A stretch of DNA of 64,000 bases from Lama glama (lineage: Eukaryota). Positions within the stretch are counted from its first letter, which is position 1. Every line of letters begins with the position of its first letter. The notes below the pieces were generated by a model. That model saw only the letters and a program-made list of their open reading frames with translations. It searched no databases and had not been told where the DNA came from. The position numbers and the translations under genes were made by a program. The DNA lies in assembly GCA_028534125.1 (NCBI GenBank), contig CM052837.1:37696001-37760000 (forward strand). The letters are read 5' to 3'. Shown piece after piece: positions 48,501 to 61,500 of this stretch.

Positions 48501-50204
48501 CCTCATGAATAAGCTAGAAGTTATTTGTCTACAGATGTAATGTTAGCAGGAATTTTACGGTGTGAGTTTACAGGCGAACAGTCTTTGGAAGCCGGCACCA
48601 TCAAGAGATTAGTCAGCCCGGAAAATGCCGTTTCCCAGAAGGGAGGAGATAGCTGCCCCCAGCCAGCTCTCCGCTCCCGGAAGACACCCCCCCCCCGCCC
48701 TCCCCTGGGGACCCCTCAGGGGCCACCACTGTGCAGGCCAGAGTGCTTGCCAAGGGGGCTTTCGGGTGGCGTGCTTCCTGTCTTTCACAGATGGCTAAAT
48801 TTCCCCAAATACTGCTTAGAAAACCCTAAAGACAAAATGAGACTTAGAACGCTTCTGCTGAGTTCCCTTGAGGTTGCTTCAGAGAGAGGAGAGTAACCAG
48901 CACCTGCCGGCAGAGACAGGGCTCCGTCCTGCCTGTCCGCGTGGAGCCCACCCGGCCCCTCTGGCGGCCGGGCAGCGAGGAGCTCCTGTGAGAAGAGGCT
49001 GCACCCACCCTTTCTCCCTCTTTCCTTTTTAAATTTGCTCTTTAAAAAATGCAGCATTGTTTTATTCAGATGGAATGAACGTGCTCAGAGGACATTTTAA
49101 TCTGCCACTGCGGGGCTGTGACCACATCTGCCCCCGCTGTCAGGATTAGTTCGGTAGTCGGAGAGGGGAAAAGGGTCCAGCTCGCGGCTCCCCTTGCCTG
49201 GGCGCTGCCAGCTCTGCATCCACAGGCCCCCCTCCCGGTGCTCAGGCCACTGGAGGGGCCCCTTGGATTGGTGCCGACACGTGTGGTGTGTGTGCCCAGG
49301 GGTTCGTTTGGGATTGCGGCCTGGGAGTAGGGCCTGCAGGGAGGGTGCCTGTGGGGCAGGCCCCAGGCAAGGTGCGTGGGCACGTCCATCCAGACCTCGG
49401 AGGCAGAGCGGACGCGCCATATGGCCTGAGCTGCGGGCAGCTTAGCCCCTGGCTCCCACCTCCCCCTCACGCCTGGCTTCACACCTTGATCATGTTCGAC
49501 ATCGGTCTGAGGGCTCTGGCACAAGCCATCTGGGTCCTCTCCTTCTTCCCCATTTCGTTGCCTAAAAACTCCACTTTACAGCAGCAGCATGAGTGAGAGA
49601 TCCCCGGAGTCGGGGCTGGACAGACTGCCTTCGCCTTGGCCCTCAGCCCCTCCGGACCCAGGGTGGAGCTGTGCCTGCTGGGAGGGAGCTCGGTGCTCCG
49701 TTGTCCCTGCCTTACAAGGTCCCTGAGGGCCGGACACCCCTGAGCTCTGAAGCCCCTGGCACATCTCTGCTGTCCCTGCACATCGTGCTGAGTCCACCTG
49801 TCAAAGCACCTCTGCTGCACCCGCAGGGCTTGCTGAATTCCAGAAATAACACAGCTCAGCCACAGTTGTGCTCTGGGCAGCCCGGTGGTTCCTGAGTGAA
49901 GGTGCAGCCACGACATGTTTCACAGACTCAGAGCTTCACCTTTGCTCTAAGCAAGGTGCCCCTGGGGGGGCCCCCAGCCTCAGTGACTCTGCTGGGTCAC
50001 CAGACTGCTTTACGTGTAACTGTGCAACTTCTCACACATTCTACCAAGGTTCTGTGGGGTAGAACCAGGGACTTGTGATGGGAAGGGCCACATTTAACAC
50101 TGTTTTCATTGATACTGGGCCATTATCCCACAACACACATACAACGGGACCAGGAGTGGCTCTGTTGTGAGGGGCAAACAGATGCACTTGACACTGTTAT
50201 TTCA

Positions 50205-50320
50205 ACTGTGTGGCCTAAGGCTGTGCTGACCAATTTAGTTCCCACTAACACGCCCAGTGGGTAGACACCATTGCAGCCCCATTTCACAGACAAGGCCCTG
50301 AGGCTGGGAACCCAGGTGAG
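50205..50320 (-). mobile_element. MIR SINE remnant
   Basis: ccccatttcacagacaaggccctgaggct MIR core motif. Confidence 0.55.
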
Positions 50321-53300
50321 AGTGCAGCCTGGTTTTGAAATTCTTCCGGAATAGCCTATGATGTTGGCCCCACCCAGGCCTACGCCTTCCGGCTGCCCCA
50401 CACCCTAGACAGCCCAGGAGGTCGTCCTCAGACCATCGTCTGAACCTCACTGCCCTCTTGGGAGCTTCCCCCCGGCCTGGGAGACGTCTTAGTCTGTCTC
50501 CAGCCTGTCTCCCAACCCGATTCTCCATCCCCGAGCTGTCTACCCCGAGACCCCTGGTCCTTCTCCCAGCTCCCTTCACCTCCTGCTTCTCCTTCAAGAC
50601 CTCACACAGATGCCACCCTGGGTCCCTAGGTGGACCCCCCAGGTGTCATTCCCTTAGGTGTCTTACCCTTGAGACATCTCTGTTACACGTTGTATCAGCC
50701 CGTGAGTGTCCCCACTTCCTTGGAGGAGAGCCTGCAGGCTGCCTGGCGGGGTGCTGCCCTGCATTCAGTCCTGGTACGGACTCAGGTGCTGGCCCAGAAT
50801 CCTTGGGAACACAGGCAGTGCGCTGTCAGTGCCGGGCTGGACGTGGGCAGGGAGGGCTCTAAATCGAAGTGGGGAGAGAAGCTACTCAGGGGCTTGGTTG
50901 GGAAGTTTTCCCTCCACCGCCTGCCTTCTGGGGAAGTAAGACCACGTTGGCCCAGAAAGAGGGTCAGACTCTGCGGTCCAAGCTGAGAGCTGTTTCTGTC
51001 ATGACTTTCCAGTGGTCTGGTTACGTGCTGGCTGGATTATTCGGCTGTTTGTGTGATCTCCTTCAACTTCCTGAAGCCCACGCCCAACCTCATTTCTTCC
51101 CGAGCCCTCGTTTTCACCAAGCAGGTTAGCTGTGAGGCCCCCCGCCCTCCACACACATAAAGCAGGAATTTTCATGATGTATGAGAGTTGTGAACGGCTG
51201 TGAGATCATCCCACGGGTCTGGTGTTTCCGGGAGATGTCGCTAGGGAAGCTTGTAGACCCTGAGGCCAGTGCATCAGCACAAAGAGAGAAGAAAGGCGGT
51301 TTGGACTTGAAATCTGAGTTGCATCAGCACAATTTTTAGCCCCCTCGAAGGCTGCTGGCACACGTCATGAGAACCGGCTTCTGGGCCCTGGTTTGCTTGC
51401 CCAGCTGCAAATCACACACTCAGCTTCTAAGTTCAGAATCTGCGGCTGGGTGTGGGGTTCCCTTCATGCCCGGGGTCTAAACTCCTGTACTTGGCCTGCA
51501 GCCAGCACCTCTGGCACCTAGGGGACCCCAAAAGGGCGCCGATGTGAGAGTCAGAGTCCCACTCTTGCTGGGACAATTCCCAGAGCGTCCTCAAGCTCCT
51601 GGAGCATGTGTGTCAGTGCAGGGACCTGGAAAGGCTGGCCCCCACCCCCTGCTGGGATGGGCCCTTACTGTCCAGAGCCACCGGGAGGCCGGCTGCCTCT
51701 GATCTGTGTGGTTAGTGTTTTTCCCAGACTCTGTTCTGTGTCTGCGTGTTGAGCTCGCCTGTCAAGACTGGGAAGCCAGCATGTGCGGCCCCCCATATTT
51801 CTAAGCTTAAAAGGCAGCAGAGTGGGTTCTTGCTGGGCAGTGTGGCAAGCTGACAGGTGGGTCTCTGCCCCCACTCCGGAAGAGGAAAGTCAGCCACCAC
51901 ATGGGGGCCACTCTGAGCCCTGGGCCGGGGCTACAATTAAACTCTCCAGGGAGCAGCTGCCTGATGCCAGCCTCCTGGGGCTCACCCCTGTCCCTCAACA
52001 GGAGTGCTTCCACTTCCTGGAGTTGGAGGGACTGGGGAGGGAGGAGGAGGGGCGAGTCCGAGGGCTTTGAGGCCCCAGAGCTGCGTGGACCTGGCAGGAG
52101 GTGCTCCCCGATCCTGCCTGGTTCCCTCTTCTGAACTGGACCGGAGCAGGGGCACAGACAGACCTAAAGGGACCTCTGAGCAGCTTAGTTTCTTCCCTTG
52201 ATACAGGAGAAAGTGCTGCCTCAAGAGCAGAGTAAAGTGTGCTTTCAGGGAAGAAGGAAGTGGCCATTTGTCCTCTTGGGCTGGAGAATTCTGACTGAGA
52301 AAGTTGTTTCTGGGACTCCCGTGGGACCCTGCGAGCTGTGGGTGGGCACAGGCGGTAAAGTGGATGCCTTCCCTGGCTCCTCCCCTGGACTGTGTCCAGA
52401 CTTGGTGAGTTGGGTGGGTCGGGGAGTGGGAGGGAGGCCCCACCCAGTGCCGTCTGTGCCCGTGGGATCCCCGCCTAGTTCCTGGTCTTGGGCCTCCTGG
52501 TCTCTCCTGTTGGCCCGAGGGGCTTGAGGGAGGAGCTGCCTCCTAGTGCTGAGGGTGGAACACGTTCAGGGTCACTGGTGTTGAATTCCACTTGGAGTGG
52601 GAACGCTCTCCGTGAAATCCTGGGCGTCTGCCTGGAGGAAGCAGGACCTGCTGAGTGTCTGTTGCTGTTGCCTGTGGTCCTGGCACCTGCCTGGGTGTTG
52701 GAGGCCTGGCCTGCATGCCTGACAGAAGCAGCTCTGCTCTGTTGTGCCCTGGGGCTGTGCCACCACCACCCCTCGTCATCCTGAGGCCCCCTCCCCTGCT
52801 GGCAGGCTCCCTGACAGGCCGCCTGGAGAGCCAGTCCTGTGATTTGGTTTGGAAAGTCATCATTACTGCCCGGCAGTTTAGCTGTTGTTTTTACAGCGTT
52901 GGTAAGGTTAAAAGAAATAATAATAATAGTATAAGAGAGACTCAGCCGCAGTAACTGCCNNNNNNNNNNNNNNNNNNNNNNNNNNNNNNNNNNNNNNNNN
53001 NNNNNNNNNNNNNNNNNNNNNNNNNNNNNNNNNNNNNNNNNNNNNNNNNNNNNNNNNNNNNNNNNNNNNNNNNNNNNNNNNNNNNNNNNNNNNNNNNNNN
53101 NNNNNNNNNNNNNNNGATGTGGCTTGCGTTTGGCTTTTACTGAATAGAGAAGGCACCGGCGAGGCTGATTTAGAGGCAGAATAATGAGGAGCATGCAAAG
53201 CGATGGAACTGCTCCCCCACCCCCCATTTTCACCTAAACTCAGTGACAGCAGGTCTGTCCTTGCTCCGCTCAGCAAGTCTGCATTTTACTTCTCCCTGAA

Positions 53301-53704
53301 TTCCACCTTAAAAAAAAATATGAATTTTTTTAAAAAAGGGAAGGAAAAGAGGAAAACTCACCCTCATTTTCCCATCGGTTCTGTTTGCATTTCCTGCCAG
53401 AAGCTGGACCAGCAGGTGGGACACCAGCACTGCCTCTGGGCCCCCCAAACCAAGTCAGAAGCCCCCACGGCAACTGCGCTCTTCAAGTCCTGGAACAGGG
53501 GAAGGACAGGCACCCAGGTCTAGGAGCTCCGGGGGCTCCAGGAAGATCTAGGGGAGCAGGTGGGGGTCTCAAAGTGACCTGCCTGCCCCGAAGAGTCCAG
53601 GGCGTGTGTACCACACCCCCTTCTGGACTTGCGGGCTCTCAGACTCTCTGAGGGCACCCCCACCTGCCCCCTCCAGGAGGTCCCATGGAGCCTGCCTCAC
53701 AGTA

Positions 53705-55500
53705 TGTTATTTTTTAAAATATTTTTGGAAACAATCTCCAACTCACAGAAACTTCAAATACAGGACAAACTGTTTCCAGACCCACCTGAGAGTAGCTTTG
53801 CCCAGTTTGAGCCTGTCGCCCAGACCAATTGTTTGGGGGTTTCCAACGAAGCACAGGTTCTCCAGAGCTACTGTCTCAGAGGATCATCTGGCCCTCCCAG
53901 CATCCAGCCTTCTCGAGGGTGGGCTCAGGACACACCCTGCATCAGGCTTGCTCAGGCGTGGCCCTCCTTGGAGGGCACTGGGTGTCCTCGTGGCTGGATG
54001 TGGGCTGTCTGGGGACACCAGGTGTGAGCTCACTCACTGGGTAAGTGGAGCCATCCCAGCATCTCTGGCTGCAAAGAAACTTTTCCCTTTTGCAATTAAT
54101 AAGGATTTTGGGGGAAGGTACTTTGAAACTACGAAAATACCCCATTCCTCATTAGACTACAGTTACTCATTTATACTGCTATCTGCAGAGGCACATGACT
54201 TGTTTTATCCAGTCACAAGCATCATTCTGATGCGCAGATTGTCCATGCTGGCCCTCTGTCCTTCTAATGCCTCTCCTTCTCTCTCCTGCGCCTTCGTGCT
54301 CTCCCTGTCCTGGGCCTGGAGCCACCCCAGCGCCCGGCTCCTTTGGCTGCAGGGCCCAGGGTGAGCGTGCTCCCAGCCTCTCAGTGGACATGCACACATA
54401 CCTGGATTTATTTCTCCATTTTCTATACGTGCTGAAAACCACAAGTTCACATTATACCTCTGAGTCCAACTGCCCCCAGGATACGGTCTAGATGTCTCCC
54501 TTTCTGTATGTGTAACTTCTTCCTCCAACAGTGGGAAACCTGGTTTCCTGAACATACTTACTTGTCAGATCAAGGCCTCTCCCCTCCACCCTGGCGCCCA
54601 CCTCCTCACCCTTCCCGCAGGCGCTCCCCAGCCTGTGGGCTCTGACACCCCCTCGTCGTGGGATGGCCCCACACTTCCCTCCGGCCAGGACTTCTCCCCT
54701 GCTTGGGGTCGGGCCTGGTTTGTCCAGGTCACAGGGCGGGGCAACCTGGCAGGACTTGTGGCCTCAGTACCGGGTTCTTCTCCCACTTCCAGTCAGGGCG
54801 GCTGTGGCTCCCTTCGCAGCTTCCTTCGCGGTCCTGAGCTCCGCCTCCATGCATCCGTCTTCACGGCTGAGCCCTGTCACGTATGAGAGATGATTTCCTG
54901 TGCAAGCTTTGTTTTCCTTGTGCGTAATTTGCCCCATCCCCTCCCCCGACCTACCTGGTGTCCAGAGGTGCTTTTGAGACTGTGTCTGTGGAGGAGTTTT
55001 TATCCTACCACGTTCCTGGACTGGTGTTTTGTCTGGGCACGGTTCGAAGGCCTTGCTGCGCTATGGGTACGCCACTCCAATGGCCGCTTCCGTCTGTGAC
55101 CTTTCCCCCGGGGAAGCTTTTTGGACCTCTCACTACTCCTGGTGTTTTAGAATTTCACAGTGCTTGGCTTGGTTGGAGCAGGTCTTTTTTATTCACTGCG
55201 TTGGGCACTTAATGGGCCTTTTAATCTAAAAATGTAATTTCCTTTGGTTCTGGGAAATTATTTTTTATTATTTAATTCATACTTTCCCCTCTCGTTCCGT
55301 GGTCCTCTCTTTCGGGAACCCTGGAGTTGGCCCTCAGGTCCTGCTAAGCTTTCCTCCTCATCGTTTCTCTCTGTCTTTTCCTTCTGTCTATTTTTCTGGT
55401 ATGTTTCTTTGACTCTACCTCCCAACTCCCCTGCTGGATTTTTCGTTTTGGTTTTATGTTTTATTTCCAGACCGGGGAAGACAGATGTGATGCTATCAGG
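53705..55500. mobile_element. Cluster of old L1 fragments (L1MC4-like 3' end, antisense, plus further degenerate pieces)
   Basis: ttttggaaacaatctccaactcacagaaacttcaaatacag...ctgagagtag; ttcccttttgcaattaataag...ggtactttgaaac; T-rich tract to ~55500. Confidence 0.6.
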
Positions 55501-56103
55501 CCTTCTCAGATAACTCTCGTGCTAATCTCTACCTCTGCTGCTGCCTGGCCAGGCCACGTCCGCTCTGTCCAGCCGCCGCTGGCTCTGTCCGTGCTCCAGC
55601 CCCTAGCCGCTGTCCACACTGCAGAGGAAGGGAGCTTCCCAAGGCCCACACTCACTCATCCGACGAAGGTTCCTGGACCCGCTCCCCACCCTCGGCCCTG
55701 CCCAAGGTTCCGGCCCACAGATCTGAGGGAGGCCTGGGACCTTCTCTGGACTTGGAGGAATGCCAGGCTTCCTTCTGCAGCCCTTGGGAGCCGTGGGACA
55801 TGGCCTGTGTGTCCTCCAAGGGCCTGTCTCCCCAGGTCTGAGAGAATGGTCTGCACCTCAGGGCTTTGGAGCCGGAGATTCTCTGGGTTCAGAGGGCAGA
55901 ACTGGGGGCTGTCGTCCCTCCAGTGTCTACTGTGACTGTGGTCAGTTTTGTGTGGGCCTTAAATGGTTACTAGAATTTTATTCTAACCTTTCTGCCTCTT
56001 TGGGCTTTGCTTTAAACCCAAACAGCAGCAAGGAGAGGATGAATGAGGACTGAGATGAAAGCGGGGAAGAGTTTTTCCTTTTAAATGGCAGGATTTGTTT
56101 AGG

Positions 56104-56376
56104 TAGTTGTCCTTGGGTGTCTGCAGGGGACTGGTTCCAGGATCCCCCCAGTAGGCTCTCCAGTCCCTCACACGGAACAGTGATGTATTTGCATCCCCCC
56201 ACTCACATCCTCCACAGACTTCTAACACCTAGCCCAGTGTAAATGCTGCCCAAATAGTTGCCAGCAAAGCCGAGGTTTGCTCTTTGGAAACTTCTGGAAT
56301 TTGAGGGGGGGTGTATTCTCCATCCACAGTTGGTTGTATCCGTGGGTGCAGAACCTGCAGATGCGGAGGCCGACTG
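56104..56376 (+). mobile_element. MER2/Tigger-family DNA transposon MITE
   Basis: Degenerate TIRs (tagttgtccttgggtgtctgcagg / cctgcagatgcggaggccgactg); internal ggttccaggatccccc, gtatttgcat, tgtaaatgct, ttggttgtatcc. Confidence 0.8.
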
Positions 56377-57299
56377 TGCTCCATTCCAGGCCCAGTGTCT
56401 CAGAGGTACGTTCAGTCTATGGCTTTGAGGTGGAGGGGAGCAGAGGGAGGAGAATGTGCCCAAACTGCCCCTGTGAGGAGGCCTGGCCCCCAGGGCAGCT
56501 GAACAATGCTTGACGCTGGAGCACACCGACACGGAACCCCGTGGTTGGTTAGTGATGGGTGGGGTTTGGAGGGGAGGTTGGCTGCAGCCCTGACTTGGGA
56601 TTAGCCACTGACATGTCTTCTGTGGCAGAAGTGGGCGCTGTCTGTGCTGTTCTGGGTTTCGGAGCCTCCCGCTGCGCAGGGGCCGTGCCTTCACTTGGCT
56701 GGAGTCCGAGTTGCTGCAGGTGGGGGTGGGGTCTGACCCCCAGGGCCGGTCCCACATCCCTGCCGTGGCCCATCCTCTTCCTGCACCCCTGGACCCAGCC
56801 CTCCCTGGCCTCCAGGCAGGACCAGAACCCAGGCTTACAGAACCCAGCCTGGGAGAAGCAAAGGCAACTTGCTCAGACTACTGCCCTGTGCAAGAGGCCC
56901 TGGGCGGCTTCACTGACCTGCCTCTAGTCCAGGGGCTCACACACCACGGAGGGGGCAGTTCGTCTCTTGTCTGGCAGCTCCAGCTGTCAGAAATTGATTT
57001 TTGATGTGAGCATCTCCTAAAGCACCCAGAGCACACAGAAACTCCTCTGGCTGGATCTGGATGGCCCCTGGTGTTTGAAGCAGCCCTTGCCCACTGCGCC
57101 CTGGCGTGGACAGGAGCGCCTGCCCTGCCCCAGTTCCTCAGGTGCACTCCTGAGCTGAGCAGGACACTGCGGCCTACCCCCTCTTGAGGGCTGGTACCCT
57201 GCCTGGGCCGGTGGCGGGGGGCTGCAGCGGCCAGGCTGTGTGTCAGGACCCTGTCCGTGGACTCGCACTGCTGTGCTTCCTCCCTCTGTGTGCTGTTGA

Positions 57300-58520
57300 C
57301 TTTTAAAAAATAGCTTTATTGAAATATAATTTACATATCACATAATTCACCTGTTACAAGTATAGAGTTCAGTGGCCTCAGCCAGTTCACGGGTTAGGCA
57401 TCTGTCACCACAGTCTGACTTGAGAACGTTTTCGGCACCCTGCCCCCCGAAGAGACCCCGTGCCCACTGTTGCCCCTCCCCCAAGCCCGGCGCCGCTAAT
57501 CTGCTCTCTGTCTCTTTGGATTTGCCATTTCTGGATGTTCCATAAGTAAAGAACCGTACAATCAAACGTAGTCTTTCTCGTTTGAATTCTTTCACTGAGT
57601 GTGATGTTTTAGGTTCAGCTATGCTGAACCGTGCGCGAGCTCTTTAATTCTTCTTTGTCGTCAAATACTGTGCAGTCGTATTTTGTATCGTCCATTGAGC
57701 AACTGATGGACATTCGGTTATTTCCACGTTTCGGCTAGTATAGATAAGCCTGTGACAAATCGCTGTGTGCAGGGCTCCGTGTGGACGTACATTTCCATTT
57801 CTCTTGGGTCTATACCTGGAGTAGAACTGCGGGTCCTACAGTAAATCTGCGTTTAGGATTTTGATGACCTGCCGATGGTTTTCCAAGTGGTCGTGCCATT
57901 TTGCTCCCCCGTCAGGGTGGACGGGGCCCCAGTTTCCCCACATTCCCTCCAGCACCTGCTGCTGTCCGTTGTGTTGGTGGCTGTGTGGTGGGATCACACT
58001 GTGGTTTCGTTAGCGTTTCCCTGATGACGAGGTGTGGAGCATCTTCATGTGCTTAGCGACCACTTACATGTTGTCCTTGGAGGAATGTCCATTCAAGTCC
58101 TTTGCCCATTTTAAAGTCAAGTTATTTGCTCTATTTTGGAGTTGCAAGAGCTGTTTACATGCTCTGAGTAAAAGCTCCTCCTCAGAACGTGACTTGCAAA
58201 TGCTTTTTCCAGTCTGGGCTGGCTCTTCACTTTATTGTTGGTGTTATTTGATGCCCCAAATATTAGACTTTGCTAAAGCTCAGTTTACCCACTTTTTCTT
58301 TTGTTGCTGGTGCTTCCGGGGTCATATCTAAGAAACCATTGCCTGACCCAGCCAGGAAGATTGGCTTCTATGTTTTCCCAGAGTTTTGACTCTGACGTTT
58401 AGATCTGTGACCCCTGTGTTGGTTTTGACTTCTGATGTGAGGTGCATCCGCTTCGTTTTTATCGACTATTCTATGTCCCTTGATCTGCCATATGAATTTT
58501 AGTATCAGTTCATCAAATTT
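57300..58520 (-). mobile_element. LINE-1 3' fragment (L1MB-like)
   Basis: agctttattgaaatataatttacatatcacataattcac end; atttctcttgggtctatacctggagtagaactgc; ccattcaagtcctttgcccatttt. Confidence 0.85.
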
Positions 58521-61500
58521 TGCAAACAAAACAGAAGAGCCAGAGAGGTCAGAAGTGGTCAGATTCTGGGGAGACTCAGAAAGGAACAGTGGCAGGACTT
58601 GGGGCCCAGGACGGTCCCCTGTGCTCACGCCCAGGGAGTTCACAGCTGAGAGCAGGGGGAGGGAAAGCTGTGGGCAGGGGTGGGATCAGGAGGTGGCAGG
58701 AAGGCAAGTGGAGCAGAAGGAGCAACCAGGAGAGAGGCTTGAGCGCAGGGGGGTGGGGCACCACCACGGGAGCAGGGAGCCAGTGTGATGAGGGTGGCAC
58801 CTGGCAGGGACTGCTGTTTTGGTGGCGGGCTGTGGATAGAGGCCAGCAAGACTGGGGAGCAAGGAATGGCGTCTGCAAGTTGGAGACCCTTACAAGATAC
58901 GGTTATGAGGTGGGTGCAGATGCAGAGCTACTGGGGCTGGGGTGTGGAGTCCAGCCAGATAGTGTTTTTCGGATGTGGACACCTCAAGCTTGTCGAACAG
59001 CTGAAAAGCCCCAGGAAGGGTCCAGTTGAGGGGGAATGATCACAGATTTGAGAGGAGTATCGTATATGGTTGAGGCTCCCGGGACACTTTAATTGGTAGT
59101 GGGAAGAAGGGGACATCACGCCCCTCTCCATCACGCTGGAGAGGTTGTCAGCTGGGATGCAGCTCCTCCTCCCCATGTCTGGGACAGAGGAGGACAGAGG
59201 AAGCCTGGGGCTGAGGGGCTGACCTGTCCCACTGGGTGGGCGCACGGGAGAGCCAAGATGTGGGCTCTCTCCAAGTAGAGACCCTTCCTCCTTTGCTTGC
59301 CTGGCGGTAGGCAGGTAGTAAAAGCTCCTGGCTCCAAAGACAGGTCACCAAAGACAAAAAATCTAGTGAAGACTCGGAAAACATTTTGACAGGAGTTTAT
59401 TTGGAGCCCACAGGGTCTCTACTGCCTTCAGAGCAAAACAACCCTTCTGCCAAAGTGGCACCTCCTGGTCTGTCCTTAGGAGAGGGATGAGCCCAGCTGT
59501 GGCCTCAGTCAGGGCTCTGCCCAATGGAGGAAGGTGCCGGCTGACCTCCCAGGAGACTCCCCACCCTGGGGACCCCTGACCTTATCCACCTACCTGAGTC
59601 CTGTAGATCTGAGGGTGGGACCTCTGTGGGTCAGATGCTGGGGGCAGCGTGGAGCAAGCAGGGCACGTGGTCCCAGGTCCCACGGAGGGGTTGTGGCCAG
59701 GGCCGCTGACCTCACTACCTGCTGCCCAGTGGCTTGCTGGCCATGTGTGTCTGTGAGCAGGGGCTCAGATGAGCTTGTTAGAGACCTCAGAGCCCAAAGA
59801 AAGGGTTGGTCTCGAGGAAAGCCTTGTCCTCACCTCTGACTCCTGATAAGAAAGGCAGAGCTCCTTCCGCATTCACTGTGTGCTGGAGGCTCTAAGTGGC
59901 TGTCCCCAGCTTCATGGGTGAGAAAGGTGGCTTGCAGGGCAGGGGCAGAACTGCCCCTCCACCTCCATGGGCTGAGTGTCAGCCCCTGGCATGACTTCTG
60001 GACGGGGCATCTGTGAGACCCTCTTTTGTGCAGGGCCTGCCTTTGGCTCGGGGGCTCGGCTGTTGTTTGGGGATGTGGGGGCCTCATGTGCTGCCTTTGT
60101 GGCAGCTCAATGCGTCCAGGCAGGAGGGGTCTTGTCTGTGGTGGAGACACATGCAGGTCCCAGTGGGGACCAAGAGGGCCCCAGGTTGTCCCCCAGCAAA
60201 GGAGAAGGTAGGGCAGGACCCTGGTAACGTGGTTCTGGTCCTGGAGAGGGAGCTCGCGTAAATCCTTCCGCATCCCAGGGCCAGTGCTGCAGACCTCACT
60301 GGGGTGCTGTTTGGAGGCAACGATGCCAGGGACGGCCTTTAGGCCCAAGTGTTGCCTGAGCAGCTGTGAGGCTGCAGAGACCAGAGCTGACCCAGGGAAT
60401 GCAGGCGAGGGGAGAATTCCCCTCAACAGGACTTCGCTTTCAGACTCCCCGGGCAGGCGAGCGGGGAGGCATTGTGAGCTGGTTCTCTCTCATCAAACAG
60501 AAAACGAGTGGCCCCTTCACACAGAGTTGTGCCGTTCACCCCCGCTGGGCTTCTTGGGAGGCAGGCGGGTTGAGGGGAGAAAGAGCTGAGGTGGTGCTTC
60601 CAGGACACCTGCTGGGATGACGACTGATGCTCGCAGCACAGACTTAGGGTCTGTGTCCTTCCCTCCAGCTGTCAGGGAGACAGGCCCTAGTTACCCCATT
60701 CACTGACACGTTGCAGTGACAAGAAAGTCCACTGGAGCCTCGCAGATCAGCCCAGCGTGCAGGCTTCTGCGGCGCCTTCTCTCACGGGAGGTACCTGTGG
60801 GAAGTGAACCCCGTTTATGGCCGGGGGTCTCCCAGCTTTCATTGTCGCTGTAGATGCAGAACCCTCCTACCATCTTCAAGTGTGACACACACGCTGTGGC
60901 CAGAGTGATTCTTGGTGATTCCTGGTGATTCACATCCTGAATTTCCTCCCTCCATTCCCTTCGAGGAGGCTGTCTGCTCCCTCCTCCCCACTGGTGGTGT
61001 GAGTGGCACCCTCCTTTTGCGTTTAGGATCCTGGGCGACTCCTGTTGTAGGTTTGGGAATTTGGGTGCCCAGTGGTTGAGCCTGGTTCCTTGTGGAGCCT
61101 GCTGGTGTCTGCTGGTGCCCGGGTGGGAGAAGAGTTGCGTAGCTTCCCACTCTCCACTTGAGCCAGTCCTCACGGGGGCCCTGCAGGTGACCCATAGCCC
61201 AGAGGGTGAGGCACACAGTAGGAACACACAGTAGGTGCCAAATTCTGGTGGTATTACCCATCCCTTTGAAGACTTTGCATCAGGCTGTTTCCTTGACAAC
61301 CTGTCTGCTTCCCTCTCTGTTTGTGTTCCTGGGGGTCACCAGCGGCCCTTTAATGGGGTGGAGTCATTTCCAGACAAGAGGACACTGTGGCCAGAGCCAC
61401 AGAACTGCCCGGGGCAGAAGTGGTGGAATTATAGAAAACCAGCATTTGGGGACACATGTCAAAGACGTGAGAAGAAGGATAATGGGTGTGACAGCAGTGC

